The position numbers and the translations under genes were made by a program. The notes beneath the pieces are model-generated. The model ran no database searches. It saw only the letters and a program-made list of their open reading frames with translations, and was not told the DNA's origin. DNA of 61,586 nt, the filler included, from Dimargaris cristalligena (taxonomy: Eukaryota): the NCBI GenBank assembly GCA_003614675.1. It is 2 parts of 2 records of this genome, joined end to end, with 100 filler letters (N's around TTAATTAATTAA, not from the genome) between each part and the next. Parts side by side here need not be neighbours in the genome. Positions count along the whole stretch, not along the records: positions 1 to 30,764 come from ML002450.1; 1 more part is not named here. One strand, given 5' to 3'. This document shows positions 11,252 through 24,000 of the stretch, one piece after another. Each line of letters begins with the position of its first letter. Position 1 is the stretch's first letter.

Positions 11252-11858
11252 ATGACCGTGACCAGCGTACCGAATCCGTTTCCCGGCGAACTTGTGGTGC
11301 GCCGCATCGCCGGACCAGAGGAATTCCACCTATGCCTTCAAGTCCGCGTTCAAGTGTTTGTCACTGAACAGGGGTTCCCTCTGGCCATCGAGAATGACGC
11401 CATTGACCAAACCTGTCAACACATCATTGCCCTCTGGCGTCCGCGGGCCGAAGAAGAATGTCAACCAACTGAAGTAATGGTGTCGTCGTCGTCAGCAGCA
11501 GCAGCGTCTCCCGACAGGCCTGTTGATCAGGGTGTGGGGAGCGGCTTAAAGTCCGAGTGGGTACCAGTGGGAACCCTCCGCCTCTACGACTGTCCCGGGA
11601 ACTCCTCCCCCCCCCCGGGTGGGTAAAATCGGCCGGGTAGCGGTTCTCCAGAAATACCGGGGCTTGCGCATCGGTCAGCGACTTATGGAGGAGGCCCACC
11701 GGGTGGCCCAAACGTCATTGGGCATGCGGAAAATCAAGATACATTCCCAGTATGATAAGGCCGACTTTTACCTACGGATCGGTTATGATATGCCGGATCC
11801 GACCCAATTCATGGAGGAAGGGTACCCCCACGTCACCGTGGTGAAAAACCTTGGCTAA
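11252..11858 (+). CDS. GNAT acetyltransferase (ElaA/YjcF-like), interrupted by a 1-nt frameshift in a C10 run at 11607-11616
   Basis: The N-half has VRVQVFVTEQGFPLAIENDAID and PVGTLRL. The C-half, in the +1 frame, has GKIGRVAVLQKYRGLRIGQRLM, HSQYDKADFYLRIGY and FMEEGYPHVTVVK. Removing one C gives one continuous ORF. Confidence 0.85.
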
Positions 11859-13595
11859 CGATTTATTTTTTAAAAAATACATATTTGTTTACGTTCATTT
11901 CTCTAAAAAGGGATAAAGGTGGTCAATGACGATCCTGGGATGGATACGTTATTGTGCCAACGCCCCCACCCTCCCCCTTTTCTTGTCCAACCGAGGACAG
12001 CCTGGCTTTATTTAGTTGGCCTGGTGCACAATCTCCTGGGGCCATCTCCAAGTGTGCCACCAGGGCAAAGCGACGTTGTAAGTAAGGGGGGCGTCGGCCG
12101 GGATCTAGGTGGTGTGGGAATTCAGAGGCAGGGAGGTCCCTGATGTTGAATCATGTGAATGAGGCCAAGGAGAAAGTAGGGCACATGACATGTTCAGGCG
12201 ATTCCCGATAGAGTAATGCCAAGCGGTAGGACTGGGTACATCCTAATTAAACAACCTGGCACTGAGAATCACTCAATCTCAATGGAGGTGTGTCGTGCAA
12301 TCAGCGAAAAGACCCCTGGCCTACAGTGCCCCCATTGTATCAAACCAGCCCACTCTTTCAGAATGGGCTTTCAATAGAGCACACCACATCCATTTATACC
12401 CCTTTTTGCAGATAATATAGTTAATTTTGATGGACTGCCATAGTGGATGGCAGCACCCTGTGACTAGTTTTTGGCAAGCAGGTTGCTGCTCATGAGTACT
12501 GAATGGGAGGGAATTGGAAAGCACCAGCAATGAGCAGGAAAGACATGGTATGGTCTAGGTGGGAGTAGTCACCATCTCGTAACACTGCAGTCGTAGAACT
12601 TTGGGCCTGGGGGGGGGGCATGGCTTGACCTATTTAGCCACCCAATAAACGGACTGTGTGCCTTATCACAAGGATAAAGCAAGGGGCTATACTGTCCTCC
12701 CTGTCGGCATCGAACTCCTAGATATGTGTCAGATATAATCACCATCGCCTCCCTCCCTCGCGGCCAGCCAGTGATAATGTATGCATACATATGCACACAA
12801 ATGGGGCAATAAATCAGAGAACACAGATACATGTATTAGTATACGAAACTGGGGGGGAAAAGGTGCTTTTATTGTGAGGGTCAAGAGTGTGGGAAGGGAT
12901 TTGGTAACAGAGGTGGTCGGATGTAGCTGAACCGCCGGTTGGTTGGACGATCATAGGTGGATTATATGGAGGAAATCCGAATTCGGCTGGAAATACCTAA
13001 TATAATTAGTCCACCCAGCAGTTGCAGCAATGTATTAAAAATGACAAAATAAAATAGGGTATGTCAGCCTAATATAGAAACTATGGAATACGGCCAAGAT
13101 AAAGGTACAGACATATTATAAGGAGAAATACAAGTGTGGTGCAACCCACAGAAAAACAATGACTTGTGTTGTGTACGAAAGATAAAAGGGCGAGGAATAT
13201 AACGGAGGAAAATGGGACACGGCAGATGTGGCAGCCACTGAGTACCCTAAAATAGCCGGGTAGAGAAGCGGGTTCGGGGAGAAAGCAACGCCATCTGTAA
13301 GAACACCATCTACATCCACATATATACGAGAATCAGTGCCAAAAAATAGGATCGGGGACACCCGACGCCATGGATAAGGTAGAGAATTCAGTGATCGGTT
13401 AAATCTATAAATATGTATCTATAGTATTCCCTTACCCAGCTCATCTTCAGATACATACATGTGAAGAGGGATAGGTACACCGCTAGCTAGATTGACTAGG
13501 GGTAAACATAGAAACGGACAAAGATAGGAACTAACAAAGTAGACTATGACCCACCCGAAAAGTAAAAGGTATACACAGGGGTGCAGGGGCCTGGC

Positions 13596-13937
13596 CTACA
13601 AGCCAAACTGCAGGTGATCCATGGCCACTTCGACACCGCAGTTCAGGTGGCGGCTGCCGTTAGCCGGGAACGGTTGCTGGGGGGTCCGGCGCAGCGGGGC
13701 GTTTTCGCCGTTGGACTCACCACCGCCCGGTTGACGGGGGTGGTAGTGGAAGGCCGGGGAGGCTAAAGGCGCATAGCGGGTCGAGGAGGAAGTCGCGGGG
13801 TGAGCAGTATTAGGGGTAACAGCAGCCGTGGCGAAGCGAATAGGAGTGGAAAGTCGGGCGGAACCGGTTAAAGCAGCGTTGGCGACAGCGGCGTCCAGGT
13901 TAAAAAGGTGAGGGGCCCAGTCGGCGTTCCAAAGCAT
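13596..13937 (-). CDS. Hypothetical 113-aa protein (MLWNADW...EVAMDHLQFGL)
   Basis: ATG at 13937 with strong C/T-ending codon bias. TATAAATA at 14333-14340 is followed by a pyrimidine-rich leader, and there is an AATAAA-like signal near 12870. No recognisable domain. Confidence 0.55.
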   Translation of the reverse strand: MLWNADWAPHLFNLDAAVANAALTGSARLSTPIRFATAAVTPNTAHPATSSSTRYAPLASPAFHYHPRQPGGGESNGENAPLRRTPQQPFPANGSRHLNCGVEVAMDHLQFGL

Positions 13938-14332
13938 GACTCCCGTTGGTTGGACGGTCGGCGAGAGGGGTGAAGGGAGGGTAATATATACGGGAAATAA
14001 GAGAAGTGGGGCCGCGGGTGGCAAGGAAAGAGGGCTAGGATGAAATCGGACTAGACTAGAGGGTGGCGGAACCAGGCGATGGCTGTAAAAGAGGTAGTAG
14101 AGCTGGTAGAAGGGACCAGGTCAGTGCGCAGACTATATTACCCAAGGGGATATAGTCCTAGAGAGTATCGAAAGGAGGGAGAAAGGTGTAAGAGACAAAT
14201 AGAAACGAAAGGAAAGTAGAAGTTGCAACGCAGGTTAGGCTGAGCCCTATGAAAACAGGAATAACGATGAATGTTAAAAGCGCGTGCAAGGGGTGAAAGG
14301 GAGGTAACTAAGAGGAGGGGGGCGGATGACGG

Positions 14333-14340
14333 TATTTATA
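14333..14340 (-). promoter_or_regulatory. TATA box upstream of the 113-aa gene
   Basis: TATAAATA on the minus strand followed by a CT-rich tract typical of fungal core promoters. Confidence 0.45.
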
Positions 14341-17300
14341 GACATGGGAGCAGCCAGAGAATGTGCATAGAGGAGGTCGGCTCCCCTCCCTATTCCATTA
14401 GTAAGCCCTGTCTGTTATGTATGATGTATATTTCTGCCCCATTGAGTAGTAGAGTGGGGAGAGGGATTCGCGCCATCTTGCCTAGCTGCGAATGATAGAC
14501 AGCCGCATATAAGCGGAGGCGAAGGGGTCAGCCGATGGGCAAGAAGCCGAAAGGCTAAATAATCAGCACAATAATAATCTTGATAATAGTAAATTATACG
14601 TCAGGGTAGGCAAGAGATGAAGTAGCATATACTTCCTAAATGCGGGAAAATCCCCCCGCCGAGCCCCCCAGCTTCTTCTATTCACTGGGGGGACTGCCTT
14701 CTGTATATGCGCCTACTTGGAAATACAGAGACTACCTATTAGGTTGCACCGACCACCATATCGGGTCAATGGTAGTTGACTTCCTAGTTGGCTGTGTAAG
14801 GATTCGTCAACTCCCTTTCGCTTACTTTGGATTTATTTTGGCCCGTTGGCTTCAGTGCTTTCAAAGCTTCGCCGTTTACCACTAGAATTAGAGTTCGTAG
14901 CGGTGGTCCAAAAGATGGAACAGTTCATGACGTATGCGGTGGAGTGCCTTGGCCCGATTAGTGAACTTTGGTAAAGCAGAATGCCTAGAACTCGAAAGAG
15001 TGATGATGACACGTTTCCTTCCTGCGCATATACTCTGTCTGGCCCATTCAATGACTTACCCATGGCCCAATTATTGGGACTGCAATATATTCACTAAGCT
15101 GCCTTGTAGTTTTCCTATCCTTCTCTTCTCCTTCTCTCCCTCGGTTCTTTATTATATTAAGTCGCTTCATTATCTAAGCTGAGTACAGTCTAATGCCGAT
15201 TCAGCCGCCCACTCTCTCGCTGTCTGACTCGACAGTACGGTACGTGACATCGCTCCACCGCGCATACGCTTTTACTTTACTCCATCCTACTTCCCATGGG
15301 AGCGGTGGACTTGTGGAGAAGTGTAGTCTATATATACTATTATAGTCCTGGAGAAACGCTTAGGCTCGACCCAGTGCTGCAGGACCCTGTGGGAGATTGG
15401 TCAGCCTACCCCGCCACCTATCCGACCTCCGAGGTTTTGAATCCGTCAGTCTCCTTATACCCCTCTAAATCACCTACTAAATAGCTCCTCCCCCTTTCCC
15501 CACACCAGTCAGCAATGTGCCCTTTGAGTTGCTACTACACCCTAGAGACGAGGTAGTCGATAGATTCCCCCCCCCCCTCGAATCCTTTAGTTGGCCTAGG
15601 TGGGGTGGCCATCCAGTATTTTATATACGAACGTGCCGGATAGAGCGCTTTATTAGGCCGGCCCAAACGGCGAGCAAATCCCTGGCCAAACAGCATAAGC
15701 ATCCTTATGTGTATTTTTTGTTTGGGCTGTAGGCGGGTTTCGAAGGAGGCTACTTGGGATTTCTCACGCTTACGGGCTGCCTAACTAAGATCCACCGCCC
15801 CCGTGTAATGCCTGCTTTCGCACCGTATCCCACTATATTGTAATGATCGTTTATTCTACTCGCTTCACCTTATTATAGTAGGGTAGATTGGTCGATCCCT
15901 AAAAACGGCTATATTGTCGGTTTTATATTGAGCCCTCCGTGCCATCAGCGGTCTCGTGTAACGGTTGGTGCATATATAATGTAAATACGTGTAAATTATT
16001 TGAAGTTCACCCGTAACCCATGAATACGCCCAGCTTGCCTGGACGATGGGATAGATGTGCGTATACAGACCCGGTCCCGTTATGGGCACTATCGGCAGCC
16101 CGGACTCCCAATGCTACGCTTATAAGGTCCCAAAGTACACTCTTGGCCAACAGATCTCGTCCACTTTGGTCCCATTTACTAGGGATAATCTTCCTGTTTC
16201 CCTGAACCAGTTCGTTGGTCGTGGAATTAGGCTGACGTGATTGTACTTTGGCCCATTTAGGTTAGCTAATCAATGGCTCTACTGATATCATCGGACAGGG
16301 TCGGCTTCAACGCTTAATGAATAATGCATAGAACAAGGAGGCACCACCCCTTAGGAACGTAGTACTATGTCCCCCCGCTGCGCTTTCACAACAGTCAACT
16401 ATTGCATCCACACCCTTCGTCCCGGTATTTTAAATCCGCCTTTAAACAAGAAGCAAAACAGCAGCAGCCTAAGTTAACCAAGTACCACCTGTATTAGAAT
16501 CCAGCATTATCGACTATCGGCTGATAGCTTTGAATCACATTACTTGCATCTATACCAGCCCGGACCCCCTTTTCCAACAACCAAATTCGACACCAATCAC
16601 ATCACAGTGCTGACCTGTGCAATAATCTAGCTTTGCCATAGGCACGCCTCTTCCGACAGGTACACCAAAAGCCCCAGTCATGTAATATACATGGCGGTCA
16701 CACCCAAGCTGTCGATTAAGTATCGGTGAAAAATATATAGAATATGCAGCATCCATATCAAATCATACGCACATAATCATCCGTCAGTTATCAGTCAGCC
16801 GGTCGCTGGTGACACTGTAAAGGCCCTTGGGCGCCACAGATAAATGGCGCAACCCGTTTTTTTGCACCATCTGCTCATTCGGATGCAATTAAAGTAAATC
16901 GGAGTAAAGGTGTGCATTAATGAAGGTCCTGTTGATTGATAGGGACTTACGACCTCCCTTATATTGGCATCAATGGCTTGGCCAGATAATCTATGCTCGC
17001 ATTATCGCTCCCTTGTTAAGTTTATTCTATAATTTAAGTGCACCCGCCCACGCATATCTATCTATCTATCTATATATATTAACTATCTTATCCTTCCGTG
17101 TGCTTAGTCTATTGTAGAGCCCCACTGCCAAAGCAGCGTGGCCCCAAGTGTTACCATCAAGCAACTTAGTCCTAGGAATACTGAGAGGAGGGTGGATCCT
17201 GGTTGTTGGTTTCGCGACGAATAATGCTTGACAGGGTATAGTTAAAATACAGCAGTACGCGTAGGACGGGAGAGTGTTTTAGGTTGGGTAGACTGTGGAA

Positions 17301-18457
17301 AGGGCCCAAGGGTAACTTACCTACCGAACACCATGGAGAATAGCCATAGTAACTCACTTTGGTCGAATTTCCTTTTTTGAAATAGCCATTCGGTTCTAAA
17401 CAACCCTACTGATCTATTTATCTGGGATTCCCATAGTGTGTCCGACTGTTCACCTACGGTAATATCCCCTCTTCTGTGGTCGATATGATTGCCGCCATTC
17501 ACTCGTTCGTTTGACACCCATCAAGTTCCGATGACCTTTCGTTGTCGTGAAATGCCCCAATTGAACGAAATGGGGGATGGGTGTGTGATTTTGATGCCAA
17601 ATCAATGGGTGGTGGACGATTGGAAGGTTGGCCAAGTCGAGGTAGGGTGACTTTTTATTATTTTTCAAGTACCCACAGTAGTCATGCCTGGCAATGTACC
17701 ACTTGACACTCATTCGGCGGCGAGTGTGGCATAGTGGCCATGATCCAGTATTTTTGATGCAGGTGGTTGTAGTAGCGGGGTAAGTATATTTCGATGGGGC
17801 TTGGGTTGGGGGCTTGGGGGTAGAGGATGGTTCCCGTCGATTATTCTTTACATCCCTAACCGCCTTTATATTAAATTATTTTAAGTTTCGACTAACTATA
17901 TTTGGACCCAACATTATGTGCATCCTCGGTCAATCCTTTCGGGCAGGCGATGGTGAGGGTTGGTCAAAGGCCAGGAGGACACGGAATTGAAGCGGAAGCC
18001 GGTCGAGTAGAATGCCTGGTGAGGGGGGGGGGTGGCGGACCGGGCTGAAGAACCGTAAGCGGTTGTTTGGTCTTGAAACACCCACACTTAAACGATGGAG
18101 GAGAAAGATGGGGGGTGACCTGATCAGCACACGTTATTCACACTACAACGGGATATGGACGCATTGACGACCCTAACCACTGTCTATTGTCTTGGCTTTA
18201 TTTACGGCCCACAATGATGGTCGAATAAGAAGGCGGAATCCGGTAAATTGAATACGGGGTCGGGGAAAGTTTCCAAGACTGGTTAAATGGAAAGAAATAA
18301 GGGGGACGGGTTGGCTGTGGTGATTCGTTGACTCCCTCCTCCTCCTAATGCCATGGGTCGCCCTTCCCACTGTGCATCATTTGGGGGGTACCGGGTGTCC
18401 TGAAGGCCAGTAAATAGCCGCTTCCATCTCCCACCCTTTCCCCAGGCCCTCGGTGCC

Positions 18458-18465
18458 TATAAATA
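18458..18465 (+). promoter_or_regulatory. TATA box upstream of the 18929-21235 gene
   Basis: TATAAATA followed by a long pyrimidine-rich leader. Confidence 0.45.
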
Positions 18466-18928
18466 TAAATGCGTTTACGCCCCGTGTCGCTAAACTGCAG
18501 AATTCTCCTTACTACTTCCAGCTATAAGTTGCGTTATTATTCTTTTTGTTATTGACATCAATTTACATTACATCCCCTATTGAAAGACCCGTTGGAATTT
18601 CCCTGTGGTCACTTTAACTATTCATTCACTCATCTCGCTAGGCTCGTACGTATTTTGGCACGAATCCCACGATCTTCGCAACAGTTTGCCATTTTCACCG
18701 CAACCGTACTTCCGAAACGAGCTTCCCGTATTGCTCGGCCTTCGATTAATTATTATTAAAGTGCAGTGCCATTAACAGCGTCTCCAATATCCTAACCCCA
18801 ATACCCCATAAATCCGCTCCAGGGCCGTTTCCTCCTTCCTCTTTCCAGCATCCGATCTACCGTTCACTCATCGGTGTTCCTAATCGTATAAATCGCCGAT
18901 AGAGCAATCTCGAATATTTGTTTTTGCT

Positions 18929-21235
18929 ATGTCGTTCTGTGGCCCAGACGGACCGGACGGTCAGAAGAAGTCGTCACGGGTAAGTAACATATCTTAGTAA
19001 ACATTTCAGCCTTAACTCAGGCACTGCACGCTGCTCTATAATCGGTGTCCACAGATGCCACTGGCTGTCTACAGCGTAGTCATTTCACCCGTGGTACTGT
19101 TCAGGAAGAGATGGTGGAGGCAGCTGCTGTACCTTGTCGAAAAGGAGGAATGGCGTGGAGAGGTCTGGGGGGATGGTCCGGCTTGGTGGTGTTTACGATT
19201 GTTTACCCCTTCTGAGCCGGTCTGGTTCATAATATCGTTTGGGGGTACGGCCAAGGTTATGGGGGCCGTAAACATGGTGGGCAACGGCCTTGACCCATGG
19301 GTTCCCTTCAAGAACAGTTGGGGAAGGGAATGGCCCTGGTAGGCGAAGGCTTCACACGCACGCTGGGCTGCTGCCAATAACTGATGGTGACCCGGCAATA
19401 ACCCCCACCCCTGTACCTTAGTATACAGTCCCTATTCTTCCGACCCTTGCCACATTTTCCCCGGACTTCCCCAACCTTGGCCCACAGCATCCACCGCGTG
19501 ATTAGCAAGGAGGTCGTCAACGGAGTTGACAGGGGGGGGTGGTGAAGGAACTATTTTATCCGGCACATAATACATTAATCATTGGCCCACCTAACTACTG
19601 ATTTGAAATCGCAGTGTACAAACTAATGCATGACATTATATATATTTATATACACTTGGTTACCTTCCCACCCCCTTACCGTACACACCATATCCCCGTC
19701 TGTTACCTTGAATGATTGTCTACTGAACAATTAACGTGGTCGTCTGTTTTCATTCCAACTCTGACTTATGAAGAGTATTGACGATTTCAGTCCTAGCGAA
19801 TTGCAGGAGTTCTTTCAGAAGTATTATGGGTCGGATGCTCCATCTACCGCCCCGATGCAGAAAAGCCATACTGTGGGCTGTCGTTCTGGTAAGTAGGCCG
19901 GTTTTTGTTTATAATCAAACCAGTTTTTTTACATCTCTCGCTATTGTTGTCGAGTAGGAATGAAAAATTGTCGGAATTCCGCTTACCCAGGGTTACGTAT
20001 GACTGAAGTTCGTCCCCATCCCCATCCCTTCCTTCTTCTATCCCGCCTGTCGGACCGTCTTCATTATACATGCTGCAGGATTCTATTGGGATAAGAAAAA
20101 TTCATTTCAATAACCAGGAAGGATTTGGCCCATATCCTCTTGTGAACAAGCATGCTTGTTTCGCCAGCACTCCTTGGTTATTTAGTCAACTAACACCAGT
20201 CACCTTTTGGGTTTGTTGATACTTGATCACACACACGTACGCACACGCGCAGGGGCCAACCGAGGTGGCTCGATTGATATTACAAACTGGTATGATGACT
20301 TGCCAAGCGATAATAACCGCTTCCACTACCATTCCAGTGCTGGGGATTTGAGTTCCAAGGTGAGCAAAGAGTCCCTCAGTCCCCCATTCTCATCCGTCTA
20401 TACGTCGGGGCCCTTTAGAGATCGCTGGTTCACCGTAAAGGTACAGTCTGCGTCCCCCCGTTCCCGCGAATATTCGCCTTGGACCCAGCCTCAGGTCGAA
20501 GAAGTGGAAGAGGAGGAAGAAGAAGCAAAAGTCCCCTCTCCCCTTCCGGTACCTCGAGTCCATACCGAACGACCACCCAATACCTTCCATGGCCGCTTTT
20601 ACCAGAGCCGTGCCAATAATGGGTGGAGTTTGGGAAATAATAATTCGGCCTTTAATAACCCCCGAAGCTATCGCAACAATCATAGTAACATCACCAACGA
20701 TCCAACCGAAAACGGTGGCAATCGATTCAATACGGTCGATCCCGAGCCGTCTTCTCCTCCCATCGAAACATTCTATCCCTCTCCGACCTCTCCCAACACG
20801 AAGCACTGCCATTACAATTTCAGTGAAAATTACACCGAAAGCGACACTCCTGATGGTGGCTCCAGCGAACCACCCCCGTGCGTCCGACCCAGTTTCACCG
20901 AACCCTGGTCGCTCGCCAGTGGTTTGCCCCCGGGCCTTATGCTGGGCAATCAGCCAGGAAGTTTTTCGTTTAGCTACCGCACCGGCCCCGACGGTGAAAC
21001 ATACGTCGAGGGTGCTCGTCATACAGGTAACCACCACCACCACCCTCCGCATTCGGCTCCAGCGGTCCGACGCCAGGGCCCTATTTTATCACCCGAGGAA
21101 AGACAGGCCTCTGAGGCGGCTTTCCGTAATCCGTCCATCACCAACGAGGATCGAAGCTTGTTGAGTCGAGTGGCCGAGAATAGTAAGCATCTATTGCCAA
21201 AACGGGGCCGACGTGGCCGTGGCCGTGGTAAATAG
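18929..21235 (+). CDS. Hypothetical low-complexity protein (exons 18929-18979, 19774-19888, 20253-21235; about 382 aa)
   Basis: GTAAGT donors at 18980 (phase 0) and 19889 (phase 1), with acceptors AAG at 19773 and GCAG at 20252 (branch CTAAC near 20190), keep frame with the 342-aa ORF. The start could instead be the ATG at 19768. S/P/N/E-rich with a basic RG C-terminus. Confidence 0.55.
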
Positions 21236-21607
21236 TGGGGATATACCCAGTTTGAGCAAGAGTGAGTCGATTCCGATTTTGTACCCCGCCTTTAGTTTCA
21301 ACTTCATTTACAGTTACTCGTATCCGAACGGTGGTAAACTCAATGTCGTCGAGGTTAACCCCCTGTGCTAGCATATATCGATTAATCCCAGTCTTTAAGT
21401 TAGCCTGTAGTTATTGATAATCCTTTAACATATATTCCCGATTTTGTGATTTATTGCGATACCTATTGCCCTATAGGTGCCCGACCTTCCCTTAGTTTTC
21501 TCTCTCTATATTTGCCCATACGTGATTCAATCTGTGTCTTAGTAGTAAATGGTCGGTGTAACTCATAATATACCCTGGGCTGAATTGGTGGGTGGCCGTG
21601 AGATACA

Positions 21608-21751
21608 ATATGGGTGAAATTCAAGCCAGCTATATATAGTTTTACATGATTTGTGTATGGGATAGTATGCGGGAGTAACCATTTTAACCAGTAATGTTGG
21701 CCCCATCTAATGGATTTTTCGTTATACAGCTTGGATGAACTTCTCCCATAT
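21608..21751 (-). mobile_element. 144-bp TIR element, copy 2
   Basis: Reverse-orientation full copy ATATGGGTGAAATTCA...TGAACTTCTCCCATAT between two convergent genes. Confidence 0.85.
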
Positions 21752-21856
21752 CAAATCCACCTGAAATGTCAGCTGTGCAATTTATTGGGGTTAATCCAAC
21801 AGTAGTATCGTTTAAAAGAGGCCGAATGTAAAATTAGATAGTTGGGGAGGGAGGGG

Positions 21857-24000
21857 TCATTCGTCTCCGCCATTAAGTTCAGCAAGTTGGGCCTTCTTCA
21901 TTTCCAGTTCACCCACCAATCGACCTAGAATATCCTCGAATCGTTTCTATATACACAGTTCAATAGGGATGGTATGTGGGTGATCGATAGAGGAAAATAT
22001 AAAATAGGAATAATGAGTATAACCGAATAGCCAGCAAATTAAATAATCCTAAGCGCAGCAAAGCGGGGGCGCTCAGTATACACGTCGGGCTTACCTTGAT
22101 GATTAAATTAGGGGCGGACTCGATTTCAGTCCGTTTCCGACCAATGGTGGTTTCTAATTCCCTGATTTCATCAGTCAGAAGTTTCTTTTCGACCGCGGAG
22201 CCACCACCGCCGTTTTCAGGACCGGATTCGTCCGATTCTTCATCGTCGCTTTCTTCCTCTTCATCTTCGTCGTCTTCATCTTCCTCGCCCTCTTCTTCCT
22301 CCTCGTCCTCCTCCTCCTCTTCTTCTCCTTCTTCGCCTTCGCCTTCTTCATCTTCACCCCCACCCCCTTCGCCATCCCCGTCTTCATCTTCATCCATTTC
22401 TTCGAGTTGCCGGCTGAGTTCGGCAGCTAGGTCCGAATCGTAGTCGTCTTCATCATCGGGCGCCGTAATGGGGTCGGTATCCGGGGGTTCGCTGCTGCGG
22501 GCATCGACAAGACCCATGGCCATATCCGATTCACTCATGAGATAATCCCGGACCAAGCCGGAATGTCCGCCTCCTCCTCCTCCTCCCCCTATGCCCATGC
22601 CGAATCCCAGTCCGCCCCCCTCTTGGGGATTGAATACCAGGTCATCGTCCGATCCATCCAGCTCGTCAATATCTCGGATTTCGTACTGCACATTCTCCGC
22701 CTGGGCATCCAGTTCGAGCAGCCGTTCGAGTTCCCGGTCGAGATTATCGGGTTTCTGTTTGGTCTCACGTTTGCGGAACCGGCGTTTACGGGCGTTTTTC
22801 ATGGGAGGAGTGATGCCATCGTTCCAGCGATAGGAGTCACCCAGTTGGGCGAGACCGGCTTTGGGGTCGGCGGAGGATTGAGGGGGTCCGACTACTAGCA
22901 TCTGTGGTATCAAAATAGCGGTTGCAGGAGTGGGATATTATAGTGCTCAGAGCTGTTAGTTAACGTATAACCTTGTAAAAATATACAAGATGGGGCGGGA
23001 TAACCTAGGAGAAAAATGTTGGGATGGGGGGGGGGTTAAGAATCATATGCCATGGACATGGTCCCCCATTTGATTACATATTTTCCCTTCCCTTCCCATT
23101 TTCTCCCCCATCCCGATTCTAAATAGATTAAGTCGGGATGCTTTACCTGGGAAATATCGGCGATTTTGAAGAGTTGGCGGTTGTCGAACGTTTTTTGGGA
23201 CTCTATTATACAGGGTAAATCCACCAGCGTCGTGGGATACGCCGTCTGGTCGATGGTGAAGGAGCCTTTCCGGGGGTCTTTGAAGTCGAATTTTACTTTC
23301 TCGAGGTCGGCATTCTGGATATGTTTGCGGAGACGGGCGGCGGCGTGGTGGTCCGTGACGCGAAGGATCACCTGTTGTTCACTGGCGACGTGGGGTTCAA
23401 AATCGTCCCCGCCTTCTTCGTCAGCTAACGCAGCGAGGCGGGCGTGACTAAGACGGGATCGACTGCCCCGCATAGAGCCGCGGGCCCGGCCCCGGCCCCT
23501 GACTCGACCCCGACTACTGGTGGTACCAGTGGTGGAAGGAATAGCGCCCGCGCCCCCACCCCGACTTCCCCGGCCCCGTCCCCGGCCTCTGCCCCGACCT
23601 CGACCACGTCCTCGACCCCGGCGGGGTCTATCGCGGTCGTATTCTAATCCGGTGAGAGGTGGATGCATATATAATGTCATCATGTAAGGTGCCGTCATAT
23701 TAATAGAGTGGTATACCGCTGGGAGCATCGCGCACCAAGGGGGAGAGGGACACAAAAGCCCCAAACACCCCGCTTTCCGCCTGGCGACCACGTATGGGTT
23801 TACTTTCCTCACCCTCTTCAGCGTATAGGTCTTAAATGGGGGGGGGGGGCTAGTGGGCAAGACTGCCTGTACTTACCGGGGGTATAGAGATCCATGGACG
23901 ATGGGTTCGGTGTGAGGCGAATGGTGACTCGTTCGGCCTGGGACCCTCCCATTGGGTCTTGGGCGCCTCCTGAATAGGTAGGGTTATAATTGTGGTCCAT
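21857..24000 (-). CDS. TAF7: TFIID subunit TAF7 (exons 24000-23877, 23643-23147, 22901-22095, 21946-21857)
   Basis: TAFII55_N signature EQQVILRV..YPTTLVDLPCIIESQKTFDNRQLFKIADISQMLVV and DGITPPMKNARKRRFRK. Acidic linker, then C-terminal coiled coil NLIIKKRFEDIL. All three introns are GT-AG and phase-consistent; the first exon is the least certain. Confidence 0.92.

Noticed and set aside
17450..17860. Open minus-strand frame in the large intergenic region
   Set aside because: No recognisable motif, codon bias or supporting gene signals.
19055..19342. 95-aa ORF after the CCACAG acceptor at 19054
   Set aside because: Poor codon bias and an early stop. The 19774 exon gives a phase-consistent path to the main ORF, although minor alternative splicing is not excluded.
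20960..21015. SFSFSYRTGPDGETYV resembling the motif ahead of archaeal small heat-shock domains
   Set aside because: No alpha-crystallin domain follows, and the match is too short to support homology.
22180..23630. Poly-acidic and RG tracts in TAF7 as separate elements
   Set aside because: In-frame low-complexity protein segments, common throughout the genes of this window.
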